Shown piece after piece: positions 28,750 through 38,440 of a stretch of 64,000 nucleotides of DNA (within the stretch, counting starts at the first letter, position 1; each line of letters begins with the position of its first letter). Under the pieces are notes generated by a model that saw nothing but the letters and a program-made list of their open reading frames with translations, was not told where the DNA came from and did not search any database. A program made the position numbers and the translations under genes. The stretch spans positions 38,757-102,756 of the forward strand of contig JAGVZA010000004.1 in NCBI GenBank assembly GCA_018302985.1, written 5' to 3'. Source of the DNA: Candidatus Woesearchaeota archaeon. GTDB lineage: Archaea > Nanobdellota > Nanobdellia > SCGC-AAA011-G17 > UBA489.

Positions 28750-30138
28750 TTATTTTATTAATTTTTTTATGTTCAATATTTTTTCAAGCACTTTTAAGTC
28801 CATTAATTTTTCTTCTCTGACAATGTCTTTAACACTTCTTTCTTCATGATATGCACGCTTTGCAACGTCTGCAGCTTTTTGATAGCCAATGTAAGGTGTT
28901 AGTGCCGTAACGAGAATAGGATTTTTTTCTACATATTCTTTGCATTTTTGTTCATTTGCTTTTATTCCTTTGACACATCGCTCAGTAAAAGTATGCATAC
29001 TGTTAGATAAAATATGGATAGAATTGAGCAGCGTGTAAGCAGCTAAAGGCATCATCACATTTAATTCTAGTTGACCTGCTTGTGAGCATAGACCAATAGT
29101 AGTATCATTTCCTAGCACCTGGAAGCAGACCATGTCCAGCATTTCTGCGATCGCAGGATTTACTTTTGCAGGCATAATAGAAGAGCCTGGCTGTATTGCT
29201 GGCAGAGTAATTTCATTGAAACCACCCAAAGGACCAGAGCTTAACAAACGCAGATCATTTGCTATCTTGATTAGATTTTCAGCAAGCACTTTCAAAGGAG
29301 CATGAGCAGTTGCAATTGGCCCAAGGCTTGCAGTTCCTTCGAAGAAATTTACTGTTGGTTTTAGTTTTATTCTAGTTGACTGAGCTAGAGCCTGATAAAC
29401 ATACTTCTTATAGTTTTTTGAGGTATTTATACCAGTACCAATGGCTGTACCTCCTAAATTTATTTCACGCAAGGTTTCTGTATCTTCTTTGATGTGCTTA
29501 TAATTTTTAACAAGCATTGCAGCATAGCCACTAAATTCTTGCCCTAGAGTCATAGGCACCGCATCTTTCAAATGTGTTCTGCCAGTCTTGATAACTTTTT
29601 TCCATTGATGAGCTTTCTTTTCTAATGCTTTTTGTAATTGTTGCAGTGTCGGCAGTAAGTTTTTTGTAATTTCTGTATAAGCAGCAATATGCATTGCACT
29701 ATGAAAAACGTCATTAGTTGATTGAGCTAAATTGACATGATCATTAGGATGAATTATAGTATAATCCCCTTTCTTTTTATGCATAATTTCTAAAGCACGA
29801 TTAGCAAGAACTTCATTGACATTCATATTTTCTGAGGTGCCTGCGCCAGCTTGAAAAACATCTACTGTGAATTGGCTGTCAAGTTTTCCTTTGAGAATAT
29901 CATCACATGCTTTTTGGATAGCCTTTGCTTTTTTACTGTCTAGACGTTTTTCTTTTTGATTAGCGCTAGCTGCAGCTTTTTTAATATGAGTTATTGCATA
30001 GATGAGTTGCTTCTGTAAATGTAAACCACTGATAGAGAAATTATCTAACGCACGTTGTGTTTGCACACCATAATAAGCATCCTTAGGAATATTTTTTGCT
30101 CCTAAGTAGTCTTTTTCTACTCTCATCCCTCTTTTCAT
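28750..30138 (-). CDS. aspA: Aspartate ammonia-lyase / class II fumarase
   Basis: QAGAGTS.NMN.NEV, HPNDHVN.AQSTND, GSSIMPAKVNP, GQLELNVM. Confidence 0.88.
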   Translation of the reverse strand: MKRGMRVEKDYLGAKNIPKDAYYGVQTQRALDNFSISGLHLQKQLIYAITHIKKAAASANQKEKRLDSKKAKAIQKACDDILKGKLDSQFTVDVFQAGAGTSENMNVNEVLANRALEIMHKKKGDYTIIHPNDHVNLAQSTNDVFHSAMHIAAYTEITKNLLPTLQQLQKALEKKAHQWKKVIKTGRTHLKDAVPMTLGQEFSGYAAMLVKNYKHIKEDTETLREINLGGTAIGTGINTSKNYKKYVYQALAQSTRIKLKPTVNFFEGTASLGPIATAHAPLKVLAENLIKIANDLRLLSSGPLGGFNEITLPAIQPGSSIMPAKVNPAIAEMLDMVCFQVLGNDTTIGLCSQAGQLELNVMMPLAAYTLLNSIHILSNSMHTFTERCVKGIKANEQKCKEYVEKNPILVTALTPYIGYQKAADVAKRAYHEERSVKDIVREEKLMDLKVLEKILNIKKLIK

Positions 30139-30188
30139 AGCCTAATTAGCTGCAAAGATTTATATAAAGCTTCTGTCCCTTATTTTTT

Positions 30189-30869
30189 ATGCAAGAGAGG
30201 CAGTATAAAGCATTAGTCAAGGCTTGTTCCATCAACGATACCATTTTCTCGGAGATTGTCCATAACTTTCATTTCAAGACAGAACATGAACTAGCACTCT
30301 ATATTCGCAAACGTTTTCGTGATCTAGGTGTCAAACCAGCATATCCACCAATTGTAGCTAATAATAATCAAATCATTCATCCTAAGCCTAGAAAAAAACC
30401 TCTGCAAAGAGGATGGTTATTGTTTGATTTTGGCTGCAAAGTTGATGACTGGTGTTCGGATATGAGCAGAACTGTTTTTTTGGGGGAAGCTACCAAAGAA
30501 GAAAGACGATTATATGAAATTGTTCGAAGATGCCAAGCAAAATGTGTTCGTTTTGCAAAACCAGGCATTACAGGCAGTGATTTAGACATTTATTCTCGAG
30601 TTCTTTTAGGAAAGTATAAACCTTATATGAGACATGCCTTAGGACATGGTGTTTCCAAGAAGATTCATGATTTACCTAGGATTAGCGTTACTGCTGCTGA
30701 TGTACTGAAAACAGGACATTTTTTTACTATTGAACCTGGCATTTATTTTAAGACTCAAGATCAAGAAGTTGGTATTCGTATAGAAGATACTTTAGTCATG
30801 CACAAAAGGAAGCCTGAAATTTTAACACTAGCGCCTAAACATTTTATAGCAATTCCTTTTTCTCACTGA
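30189..30869 (+). CDS. M24 (Xaa-Pro) metallopeptidase, catalytic domain only
   Basis: D.G, SDMSRT, GHGV...H, TIEPGIY, G.RIED metal ligands. Confidence 0.88.
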   Translation: MQERQYKALVKACSINDTIFSEIVHNFHFKTEHELALYIRKRFRDLGVKPAYPPIVANNNQIIHPKPRKKPLQRGWLLFDFGCKVDDWCSDMSRTVFLGEATKEERRLYEIVRRCQAKCVRFAKPGITGSDLDIYSRVLLGKYKPYMRHALGHGVSKKIHDLPRISVTAADVLKTGHFFTIEPGIYFKTQDQEVGIRIEDTLVMHKRKPEILTLAPKHFIAIPFSH

Positions 30870-30922
30870 TCTCTATACTGCAGTTGCATAATGCTTATAA
30901 TTTTACTCTACTTATTTTTGCT

Positions 30923-31546
30923 ATGCTACAAAACAATGTTCGTTTACCTCAGTTGGGCATCGCTATGGGGAGAAGATTTACAGACATAGGACTTAATTGG
31001 TATGATACTCACAAGCTTTTTGCAGAACTTGGAGGTCGCATGCCTGTTTTAGGAGAATCTTGTGCTTTATTTTCAGAACCACTTACAAATTCTCAAGGAA
31101 TTCCTTATTCTGATAAGCGCGCTCATTCATTTCGCACCAGTCTCCTTAGAAAAAGAGAGAAAGCAAGAATAGAATGGATAGACGCTTTATTTATCTGCAA
31201 AGATGAGCAATGGTATTTACATCAGAAACATATTTGGGTTGGAGATCATTTTGAAGCCCAAGAAAAGATTCCTTTAACAGATTTTCTCCACGAAGATGGA
31301 GTAGTTGCTTTGGACGTTCTTACAGAGGGCGGATGGCCATCTTCTAAAGTTTCAGGTAGTAAATATACGGCATTCTCTTGGCGTCCTCAACATCAGCATG
31401 TGGCTGTTTTGTATGTGGGTAGTGAAGGTCCACAACTTCGCTATAATGAACGTCCTATACATGAAAGTCCTAACAGAGGTGGCAGACCCGTATATTCTTT
31501 AGCGTCTCTTCTAGCTTTAGAACAACGTTTATCACCAACAGGATAA
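30923..31546 (+). CDS. Hypothetical protein
   Basis: Long ORF ending ALEQRLSPTG. Confidence 0.6.
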   Translation: MLQNNVRLPQLGIAMGRRFTDIGLNWYDTHKLFAELGGRMPVLGESCALFSEPLTNSQGIPYSDKRAHSFRTSLLRKREKARIEWIDALFICKDEQWYLHQKHIWVGDHFEAQEKIPLTDFLHEDGVVALDVLTEGGWPSSKVSGSKYTAFSWRPQHQHVAVLYVGSEGPQLRYNERPIHESPNRGGRPVYSLASLLALEQRLSPTG

Positions 31547-31579
31547 TTTTTATAGCTGTACTTTCTCTCTTTTTTAGAG

Positions 31580-33310
31580 GTGTTGAGCATTCGTACTTAT
31601 CAAACAGAAGTGTTAATCATAGGTTCTGGTGGAGCAGGACTACGTTGTGCTCTAGAACTGCATGACAAGAAAAGAGATGTGCTTGTTGTAGGCAAATGTG
31701 AAAAAAGAGATGCACATACTATTCTTGCTACTGGAGGCATAAATGCTGCCTTAGGTACAATGGATCCTCAAGATTCTTGGCAATTGCATGCGGCAGATAC
31801 GATTCGTGATGGCGGACTGATTAACAATCCCAAAGCAGTTATGACTTTATGCAAAGCAGCACCCCGAGCAATTTTAGAACTAGTTACTTGGGGAGCAAAC
31901 TTCCATCGTGAAAAGAATGGCAATATTACTCAAAGATTTTTTGGAGCAGCAACTTATAGAAGAGCTTGCTTTATTGGAGACCATACAGGCAGAGAAATCT
32001 TAAATGTTTTAGTGGATCAAGTTGAACAGAGAAAGATTCCTTTCTTAAGTCAAGTTTATATTTTTTCTTTATTACATTCTTCACAAGGAGTGTATGGCGC
32101 TGTTGGTTGGGATATTCGCAAAGGAACTTTTGTTGTCATTCAGGCAAAAGCTGTTGTGTTAGCTACGGGAGGACATTCTCGTATGTTTAGCAGAAGCAGC
32201 TCTCGGTTCTGGGAGAATACCGGAGATGGCATTGGCTTAGCTTATCGATGTGGAGCTCAATTTATGGATATGGAAATGTTTCAGTTTCATCCTACTGGCA
32301 TGGTTTATCCTGAAAATGCCGCTGGTGTTTTAGTTACTGAAGCAGTCAGGGGAGAAGGAGGCATTCTCTTGAATACTCATGGAGAACGTTTCATGAGAAG
32401 ATATGATCCTGCAAGAATGGAACTCTCTGCACGCGATGTTGTTGCTCGAGCAATTTATACTGAAGTACAAGCTGGAAGAGGAACTCAACATGGTGGAGTT
32501 TGGTTGGATATTACTCATAAACCTAAAGACTATATTTTACAAAGATTACCAAAAGTATATGCACAATTTCAACATTTTTTAGGCATTGATATTTCCAAAA
32601 AGCCTATGGAAGTTGGACCTACAGCACATTATTCTATGGGTGGATTATGGACTAATTATACAACTGGACAAACTAGTGTCAAACATTTGTATGCTATTGG
32701 TGAAGTTACTTCTGGCATGCATGGTGCTAATCGTTTAGGCGGCAATAGTCTAGCAGAGATTATGGTTTTTGGAAGGCTAACTGGAGAAGCTCTTGCACGT
32801 AAAGTCAAACGCCAACGATGGCGATCTCTTAATAAAAAAACTGTGGATACTTTAATTTCTACTTTCTCTCAACAATTTAAGAATAAACGAGGAAATGATC
32901 CTCTTAAAGTCAAACAAGATCTTATGCAGATGATGTGGGAACATGTAGGTGTAGTAAGAAATGGCAAACAGATAGCAGCAGGACTACAACTCTTGGAACA
33001 GTTCAAAAAAACTTCTTTATTTGTACATGGACCCTTACCCATGAATGCAAAATTGCTAGCTGCACTTGATCTCCAGCATATGCTGCCTACCTGCGAGATG
33101 ATTTTGAAAAGTGCTCTCTATCGAACAGAAAGCAGAGGAGCACATTATCGTTCTGATCATCCAACAATACTTTCTTCTTGGAGAAAAAATGTCTATTGCA
33201 CACCAACAAGACAAGGATTACGATTGTTTACTAAACCAGTAGCAAAAATTCCCAACACCATCCAGCGTCTTATTCTAGAAAAACAACCGACAACTCATCT
33301 TTTGGAATAA
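31580..33310 (+). CDS. Succinate dehydrogenase/fumarate reductase flavoprotein-like (SdhA/FrdA/NadB family)
   Basis: GSGGAG, AHT..A.GG, QFHPT, TEAVRGEG, RD, HYSMGG, HGANRLGGNSL, ESRGAH. Confidence 0.92.
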   Translation: MLSIRTYQTEVLIIGSGGAGLRCALELHDKKRDVLVVGKCEKRDAHTILATGGINAALGTMDPQDSWQLHAADTIRDGGLINNPKAVMTLCKAAPRAILELVTWGANFHREKNGNITQRFFGAATYRRACFIGDHTGREILNVLVDQVEQRKIPFLSQVYIFSLLHSSQGVYGAVGWDIRKGTFVVIQAKAVVLATGGHSRMFSRSSSRFWENTGDGIGLAYRCGAQFMDMEMFQFHPTGMVYPENAAGVLVTEAVRGEGGILLNTHGERFMRRYDPARMELSARDVVARAIYTEVQAGRGTQHGGVWLDITHKPKDYILQRLPKVYAQFQHFLGIDISKKPMEVGPTAHYSMGGLWTNYTTGQTSVKHLYAIGEVTSGMHGANRLGGNSLAEIMVFGRLTGEALARKVKRQRWRSLNKKTVDTLISTFSQQFKNKRGNDPLKVKQDLMQMMWEHVGVVRNGKQIAAGLQLLEQFKKTSLFVHGPLPMNAKLLAALDLQHMLPTCEMILKSALYRTESRGAHYRSDHPTILSSWRKNVYCTPTRQGLRLFTKPVAKIPNTIQRLILEKQPTTHLLE

Positions 33311-34422
33311 GCTGATCCGACAGCCTCACTAATATTCTTATACCTGTCTTGTTTGAGTAATTTGACTAATCCTTGGTTAATTTCACTAATGACTTGAGGG
33401 CCTTCGAAGATCATACCTGTGATTAATTGCACTAAAGATGCCCCTAGTTTTATCTTTGTATAAGCATCTTCTGCAGAAAAAACGCCGCCACATCCCACCA
33501 AAATAAATTGTCCTTTTGTTTTCTTGTAAGTATATGCTAAAAGATCATTGGACATTTTTTCGACTGCTTTTCCACTAATACTTCCTTTTGAGGGTAATTC
33601 TTTGTCAGGAATTTTCCAATGCTCGCGTTTTTTAGAAAGATTTGTCAGGATAAATCCATGAATGCGATGTTTTTTTGCTACAGCGATGATATCATTCATT
33701 TCTTTATGTGAGAGATCTGGAGAAATTTTGAGAAATACTGGTTTCTTTGTCTTGATTTTATCTAACCTTTGCAGTAATTTCTGTAATCTTTTTTTATCTG
33801 TAAAAGGCTGACCACCGAAAGCATTTGGGCAACTAATATTTACTACAAAGAGATCTCCTATATTCGTGAATTCTTTGAATCCTTTTGCATAATCTTCTAT
33901 TCCTTTGTTCGTGTCTGCTGTTTCTAGACAGTTTGTTTTTGCAATGCTTGTGGCTATGGGTATTTTGAAGTTTTTCTTTCTTAATTTTTGAGCAATAGCC
34001 TTAGATCCATCATTCATTAATCCATAATTAACTATTATTGCCTGCGATTTTGGCAGACGCCAGAGTCTTGGCTTCGGATTGCCTGCACATGGCTCTGCAG
34101 TTATAGAGCCTATTTCTTCGAAACCGAAACCGACTGCAGGAAGTATGTCTGTCAGATGAGCATTTTTGTCAAATCCCGCAGATAGACCTATGGGGTTTCC
34201 AAAGTGGATTCCTAAAATATCTTGTTCTAATTTTTTATTTCTATATCTAAAACAACTTGCAGTTAATCCGCGTGTTATAGCATTTGTCCCTAAAGTTTTT
34301 CCTATCCTTACCAACATATTATGTGTTGTTTCTGGATCTATGAGGAAGAATATTCTCTTGACTAGATATTTATAGATTATTTTTTCTATTTTATTTCTGA
34401 TACTGATGACACTCTCTTTCAC
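33295..34422 (-). CDS. pyrD: Dihydroorotate dehydrogenase, class 2 (quinone-type)
   Basis: DPE..H N-terminus, AGFDKN, GNPKPRLWRL, N.S.PN, KISPD. Confidence 0.92.
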   Translation of the reverse strand: MKESVISIRNKIEKIIYKYLVKRIFFLIDPETTHNMLVRIGKTLGTNAITRGLTASCFRYRNKKLEQDILGIHFGNPIGLSAGFDKNAHLTDILPAVGFGFEEIGSITAEPCAGNPKPRLWRLPKSQAIIVNYGLMNDGSKAIAQKLRKKNFKIPIATSIAKTNCLETADTNKGIEDYAKGFKEFTNIGDLFVVNISCPNAFGGQPFTDKKRLQKLLQRLDKIKTKKPVFLKISPDLSHKEMNDIIAVAKKHRIHGFILTNLSKKREHWKIPDKELPSKGSISGKAVEKMSNDLLAYTYKKTKGQFILVGCGGVFSAEDAYTKIKLGASLVQLITGMIFEGPQVISEINQGLVKLLKQDRYKNISEAVGSAYSKR

Positions 34423-35531
34423 AATGATTTTACTTCTTCTACTTTAGGAATAATCTTATCCTTTGTAGGATGTTTTACTTTGGCAGCTATTTTTTTTGCA
34501 ACACTCAAAAGCAAATCTTGATCTATCTTCTTTATTCTTTCCTCTAAAATCTTTTTCATAATGAATGGAAAGCACACAGAGTTATTGACTTGATTTTTGA
34601 AATCACTACGACCTGTGGCAACAACCGCAGCACATCCCTGTGTTGCTTCTTCAATACTCATTTCAGCATCTGGATTGGATAAAGCGAAAATAATAGCGCG
34701 CTCTTTCATAGTTGCAACATTTTTACAAGTTAATACATTAGTCTGACCAGAAACTCCAATAAACACGTCTGCATTTTTAAGAGCATCCATAAGATTTCCA
34801 TTTTCTTTTTGTTTATTTGTCATGCTTGCTAGTTCTTCTTTATATTTATTGAGATCTTTTCTTCCTTGATAGATGATTCCTTTGCTATCCAAGACGCGAA
34901 TATTGGTTGCTCCAGCATGCACTAAGAGACGCGTAATACCATAGCCTGCTGCACCCGCACCAAAGATTACTATTTTTACAGTCTTTAGATATTTATTAAC
35001 CACTTTCAAAGCATTGAGTAATCCAGCAACTGCAACCACTGCAGTACCTTGTTGGTCATCATGAAAAATCGGGATATCCAATCTTCTTGTTAATTCGTCA
35101 ACAATTTCGAAACACTTCGGTGCTTCAATATCTTCAATGTTTATAGCACCAAAATTAGGAGCAAGATTCTCTACAATTGAGATTATTTCTTCTTTGTCTT
35201 GTGTTTTTAAACAGAGGGGAATAGCATTCACATTTCCAAATGCTTTGTAAATAAGTGCTTTGCCTTCCATAACTGGAATAGCAGCTTCTGCGCCTTGATT
35301 GCCTAACCCTAGCACGCGAGAACCATCTGATATAATTGCAATAGTATTTCCCTTTGCAGTGTATTTATAGACATCCTCTTTTTCCTTGTTAATTTGCAAG
35401 ACTACTTCAGCAACGCCAGGAGTGTATAGTAAAGCAAGGGATTTTTGATCTACTTTTATTTTTGGCTTAGTTTCTATTTTTCCCTTTAATCTCTCATGCA
35501 ATTGCAATGCTGCCTGGCTTAGATTTTTCAT
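34419..35531 (-). CDS. NAD(P)-dependent malic enzyme
   Basis: YTPGVA, LGLGN, PVMEGKA, HDDQQGTA, GAGAAG, ATGRSD. Confidence 0.93.
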   Translation of the reverse strand: MKNLSQAALQLHERLKGKIETKPKIKVDQKSLALLYTPGVAEVVLQINKEKEDVYKYTAKGNTIAIISDGSRVLGLGNQGAEAAIPVMEGKALIYKAFGNVNAIPLCLKTQDKEEIISIVENLAPNFGAINIEDIEAPKCFEIVDELTRRLDIPIFHDDQQGTAVVAVAGLLNALKVVNKYLKTVKIVIFGAGAAGYGITRLLVHAGATNIRVLDSKGIIYQGRKDLNKYKEELASMTNKQKENGNLMDALKNADVFIGVSGQTNVLTCKNVATMKERAIIFALSNPDAEMSIEEATQGCAAVVATGRSDFKNQVNNSVCFPFIMKKILEERIKKIDQDLLLSVAKKIAAKVKHPTKDKIIPKVEEVKSL

Positions 35532-35638
35532 GCTCTTTTATTGATCCTTCGTTCCTTTCTCTTTAATAACTTTTTCGTATCTTCTTAGCTACAACATTTA
35601 TCCGAATCCTTTAAAAAGCGATCTTTGTGCTTTATTTT

Positions 35639-36205
35639 ATGAAAAAATCATCAACAGCTCCCACGCTAGCAGAAGTCATTTTTGCAGCAATGGATCATAT
35701 TCCTTTAGGGGATGAACTAGATCTTAGAGCACGTCTTAAACAACTGGTTGCTGACCATGCAGTCTCCAATGTTCGTCGAGAAGGCGGTTATTTTCAAGCT
35801 TATCAAATAGCAACAGTACATCAAGCAGAGCGGGAACGTTCTCCTAGAGAAAAAGAACGCTTTCACGATTCATTTTATTTTACTGAAAATGCACAACTTG
35901 CACAAGCACGACAAGAACATCATATTCGCGCTTCTCTTATGCCTGGTCTTCTCAAGTATTTCCCTGGTGCAGCTCAAGCAGGAGGAGTTTCTCTTGCTGT
36001 GCCAAAAACTCGCAGTTATAAATTGTATTTCATGTCAGACTCTAAGCTTGCTCATTATCTTACTATACTCTTTACTCTTAAAGAAAGCACAAATAAACCT
36101 CTTCTTCACTTAAATGAACCTTATGCTTCGCTTCTTCTTCGACCAGAAAGATCTGCTTTTGGCAAGCCTCTTGAATGGCAAATTCCACCAACTTCTTTAT
36201 TTTAA
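35639..36205 (+). CDS. Hypothetical protein
   Basis: Long ORF downstream of a TTTAAAAA box. Confidence 0.6.
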   Translation: MKKSSTAPTLAEVIFAAMDHIPLGDELDLRARLKQLVADHAVSNVRREGGYFQAYQIATVHQAERERSPREKERFHDSFYFTENAQLAQARQEHHIRASLMPGLLKYFPGAAQAGGVSLAVPKTRSYKLYFMSDSKLAHYLTILFTLKESTNKPLLHLNEPYASLLLRPERSAFGKPLEWQIPPTSLF

Positions 36206-37120
36206 TACTTTGAGAATAATTGCTTTTTGTGCATGCAATCTGTTTTCTGCCTGATCAAAAATTATGCTTCTTTTGGAGTCAATAACTTCTGCAGTTACTT
36301 CATGACCACGTAATGCTGGAAGACAGTGCATAAAGAGCGCATTTGGAGCTTTAGCAAATAATTTCTCAGTTACTTGATAGGGCTTAAAGATTTCTACACG
36401 CTTTTTTAATTGTGCTTTTGGAACATGATAAGACATCCAGGAATCTGTGTAAACAATATCTGCATTTTTGATAGCTTCTTCTGAATCTTGCGTTATGGTT
36501 AGAGAACCCTTTGTCTTTTTTGCCCATGTGTTTGCTTCTTGGACAACGTCAGGCAGAGGTTCATAGTCTCTTCCCTTTGGACAAGCTATACTCACGTGCA
36601 TACCCATCTTTGTGCAACCCATCATCAAGGAATGAGTAACATTATTATTGCCGTCACCAAAATAAGCCAGCTTGAGTCCTTGTAATTTTCCTTTCTTCTC
36701 TTGTATTGTAAGCAAATCACCCAGCAGTTGACAAGGATGACTATAGTTTGTTAATCCATTAATAACAGGAACAGAAGCATTTTGCGCAAATCTGACCACT
36801 TCTTCATGATCATGCATACGAATCATAACTAAATTTACATATCGACTGATAGTGCGAGCAGTATCTTCAATAGACTCTTTACCTACACCCCATGGAGAAA
36901 ACATAGTCTGGTAGTTGATGGAATCTCCTCCCATCTGGATCATGGCACTGTCAAAAGACAAACGAGTACGCAGTGAGGGAGCTTCAAAAATAGTTAATAA
37001 TACTTTTTCAAAGGCTGCATTTTTATATTTTTCTGGATTTTTCTTGATATCTGTTGCTGCTGTTAATACTTGTTTTATCTCTTCAGGACTGAGATCTTTT
37101 TCAGATAATAAGTGCTTCAT
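36197..37120 (-). CDS. arcB: Ornithine carbamoyltransferase (probably catabolic)
   Basis: SLRTR, HPCQ, D.W.S, MHCLP, QAENRLH. Confidence 0.93.
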   Translation of the reverse strand: MKHLLSEKDLSPEEIKQVLTAATDIKKNPEKYKNAAFEKVLLTIFEAPSLRTRLSFDSAMIQMGGDSINYQTMFSPWGVGKESIEDTARTISRYVNLVMIRMHDHEEVVRFAQNASVPVINGLTNYSHPCQLLGDLLTIQEKKGKLQGLKLAYFGDGNNNVTHSLMMGCTKMGMHVSIACPKGRDYEPLPDVVQEANTWAKKTKGSLTITQDSEEAIKNADIVYTDSWMSYHVPKAQLKKRVEIFKPYQVTEKLFAKAPNALFMHCLPALRGHEVTAEVIDSKRSIIFDQAENRLHAQKAIILKVLK

Positions 37121-38430
37121 TGGGCAAACCTCTTCAGAACATCATGCAATATTGTTTCTCCTAATTCTTCCAAGGTGTAAGAAACTGTTACTATGGGCTT
37201 CTTGATATTTAACAACCTTTTGAGATTGACTGGTGTTCCATCAATCACGACATCACACTTTGATTTGTTGATAGTTTCTTCAAGTTCTTTGATTTGTTCT
37301 GGAGAATATCCCATGGCAGGAACTATTTTTTTCAAATGCATATATTTTTTGTAAAGTAATTTCATAGAACCAACTGCCGTTTCCTGACCATCTACTAATT
37401 TACCACCATATTTCTGTGCTACCAAAAAACCAGCCCCATAGGACATTCCACCATGGGTTACTGTAGGACCATCTTCTACTACTAAAACGTTTTTTCCTTT
37501 GATAAGCTCTGGTTGATCCACATGCATCTTGAGATCTGCTTCGATAACTTCTGCCTTTGGATTATATATCTTAATATTTTTCTTTACAATTTCAATACCT
37601 TCTGGCGTTGCAGATTTCATCTTACTTATGATTAAGACATCAGCACTTCGGAAGTTGACTTCTCCAGGATAATAAGCTATTTCATGACCTGGGCGATGAG
37701 GATCTACCAATACTATATTCAGATCTGTCTTGTAAAATGAAAAATCATTGTTACCGCCGTCCCAAATAATAATATCTGCTTCTTTTTCTGCTTTTCTGAT
37801 AATCTTTTCATAATCTACGCCAGCGTAAATAGGAATTCCTAACTCAATCCAAGGCTCATACTCTTCTCTTTCTTCTATAGTGCATTTGTATTTCTTGAGA
37901 TCTTCATAGGTTGCAAATCTTTCACAGACTTCATCTTTGAGATATCCATAGGGCATGGGATGACGGATTGCTACTACTTTTAACCCATAGGACAGCAAGG
38001 TTTGTGCAACTTTTCTTGATGTAGAAGATTTACCGCAGCCAGTTCTAACTGCTGTGATAGCAACTACTGGTTTTTTGCTTTTGATTTGTGTACTTTTTGG
38101 ACCCAAGAGCATGAAATCTGCACCAGCTGCGAGAACGATGGATGCTTTGTCCATAACTTCTTTATGACTGAGATCTGAATAAGCAAGCACTACTTCATCT
38201 ACTTTTAAGCTTGGAATAATTTCTGCTAATTTCTCTTCAGGATAGAAAGGAATATTCTTTTTGTATAATCTACCAGCTAATGATTTAGGAAAAGAACGCT
38301 TCTCAATGCCTGGGATTTGTGCCTGCGTGAAACCGACGACTTGGTAATGTGGATTATTTTTGAAATATACGAGAAAGTTGTGGTAATCTCGACCAGCAGC
38401 TCCCAAAATTAGTATATTTTTTCTTTTCAC
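37117..38430 (-). CDS. arcE: Arginine synthetase ArcE-like protein (cyclic 2,3-DPG synthetase-like P-loop family)
   Basis: GAAGRD.HNF, AVRTGCGKS, RHPMPYG, TIEEREEYE, WDGGNND, EDGPT.THGGM, PAMGY; lies between carbamate kinase and OTC. Confidence 0.85.
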   Translation of the reverse strand: MKRKNILILGAAGRDYHNFLVYFKNNPHYQVVGFTQAQIPGIEKRSFPKSLAGRLYKKNIPFYPEEKLAEIIPSLKVDEVVLAYSDLSHKEVMDKASIVLAAGADFMLLGPKSTQIKSKKPVVAITAVRTGCGKSSTSRKVAQTLLSYGLKVVAIRHPMPYGYLKDEVCERFATYEDLKKYKCTIEEREEYEPWIELGIPIYAGVDYEKIIRKAEKEADIIIWDGGNNDFSFYKTDLNIVLVDPHRPGHEIAYYPGEVNFRSADVLIISKMKSATPEGIEIVKKNIKIYNPKAEVIEADLKMHVDQPELIKGKNVLVVEDGPTVTHGGMSYGAGFLVAQKYGGKLVDGQETAVGSMKLLYKKYMHLKKIVPAMGYSPEQIKELEETINKSKCDVVIDGTPVNLKRLLNIKKPIVTVSYTLEELGETILHDVLKRFAQ

Positions 38431-38440
38431 TTAAACACCC

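Noticed and set aside
37117-38430. Cyclic 2,3-diphosphoglycerate synthetase
   Set aside because: The context between carbamate kinase and OTC, with no 2-phosphoglycerate kinase nearby, favours ArcE
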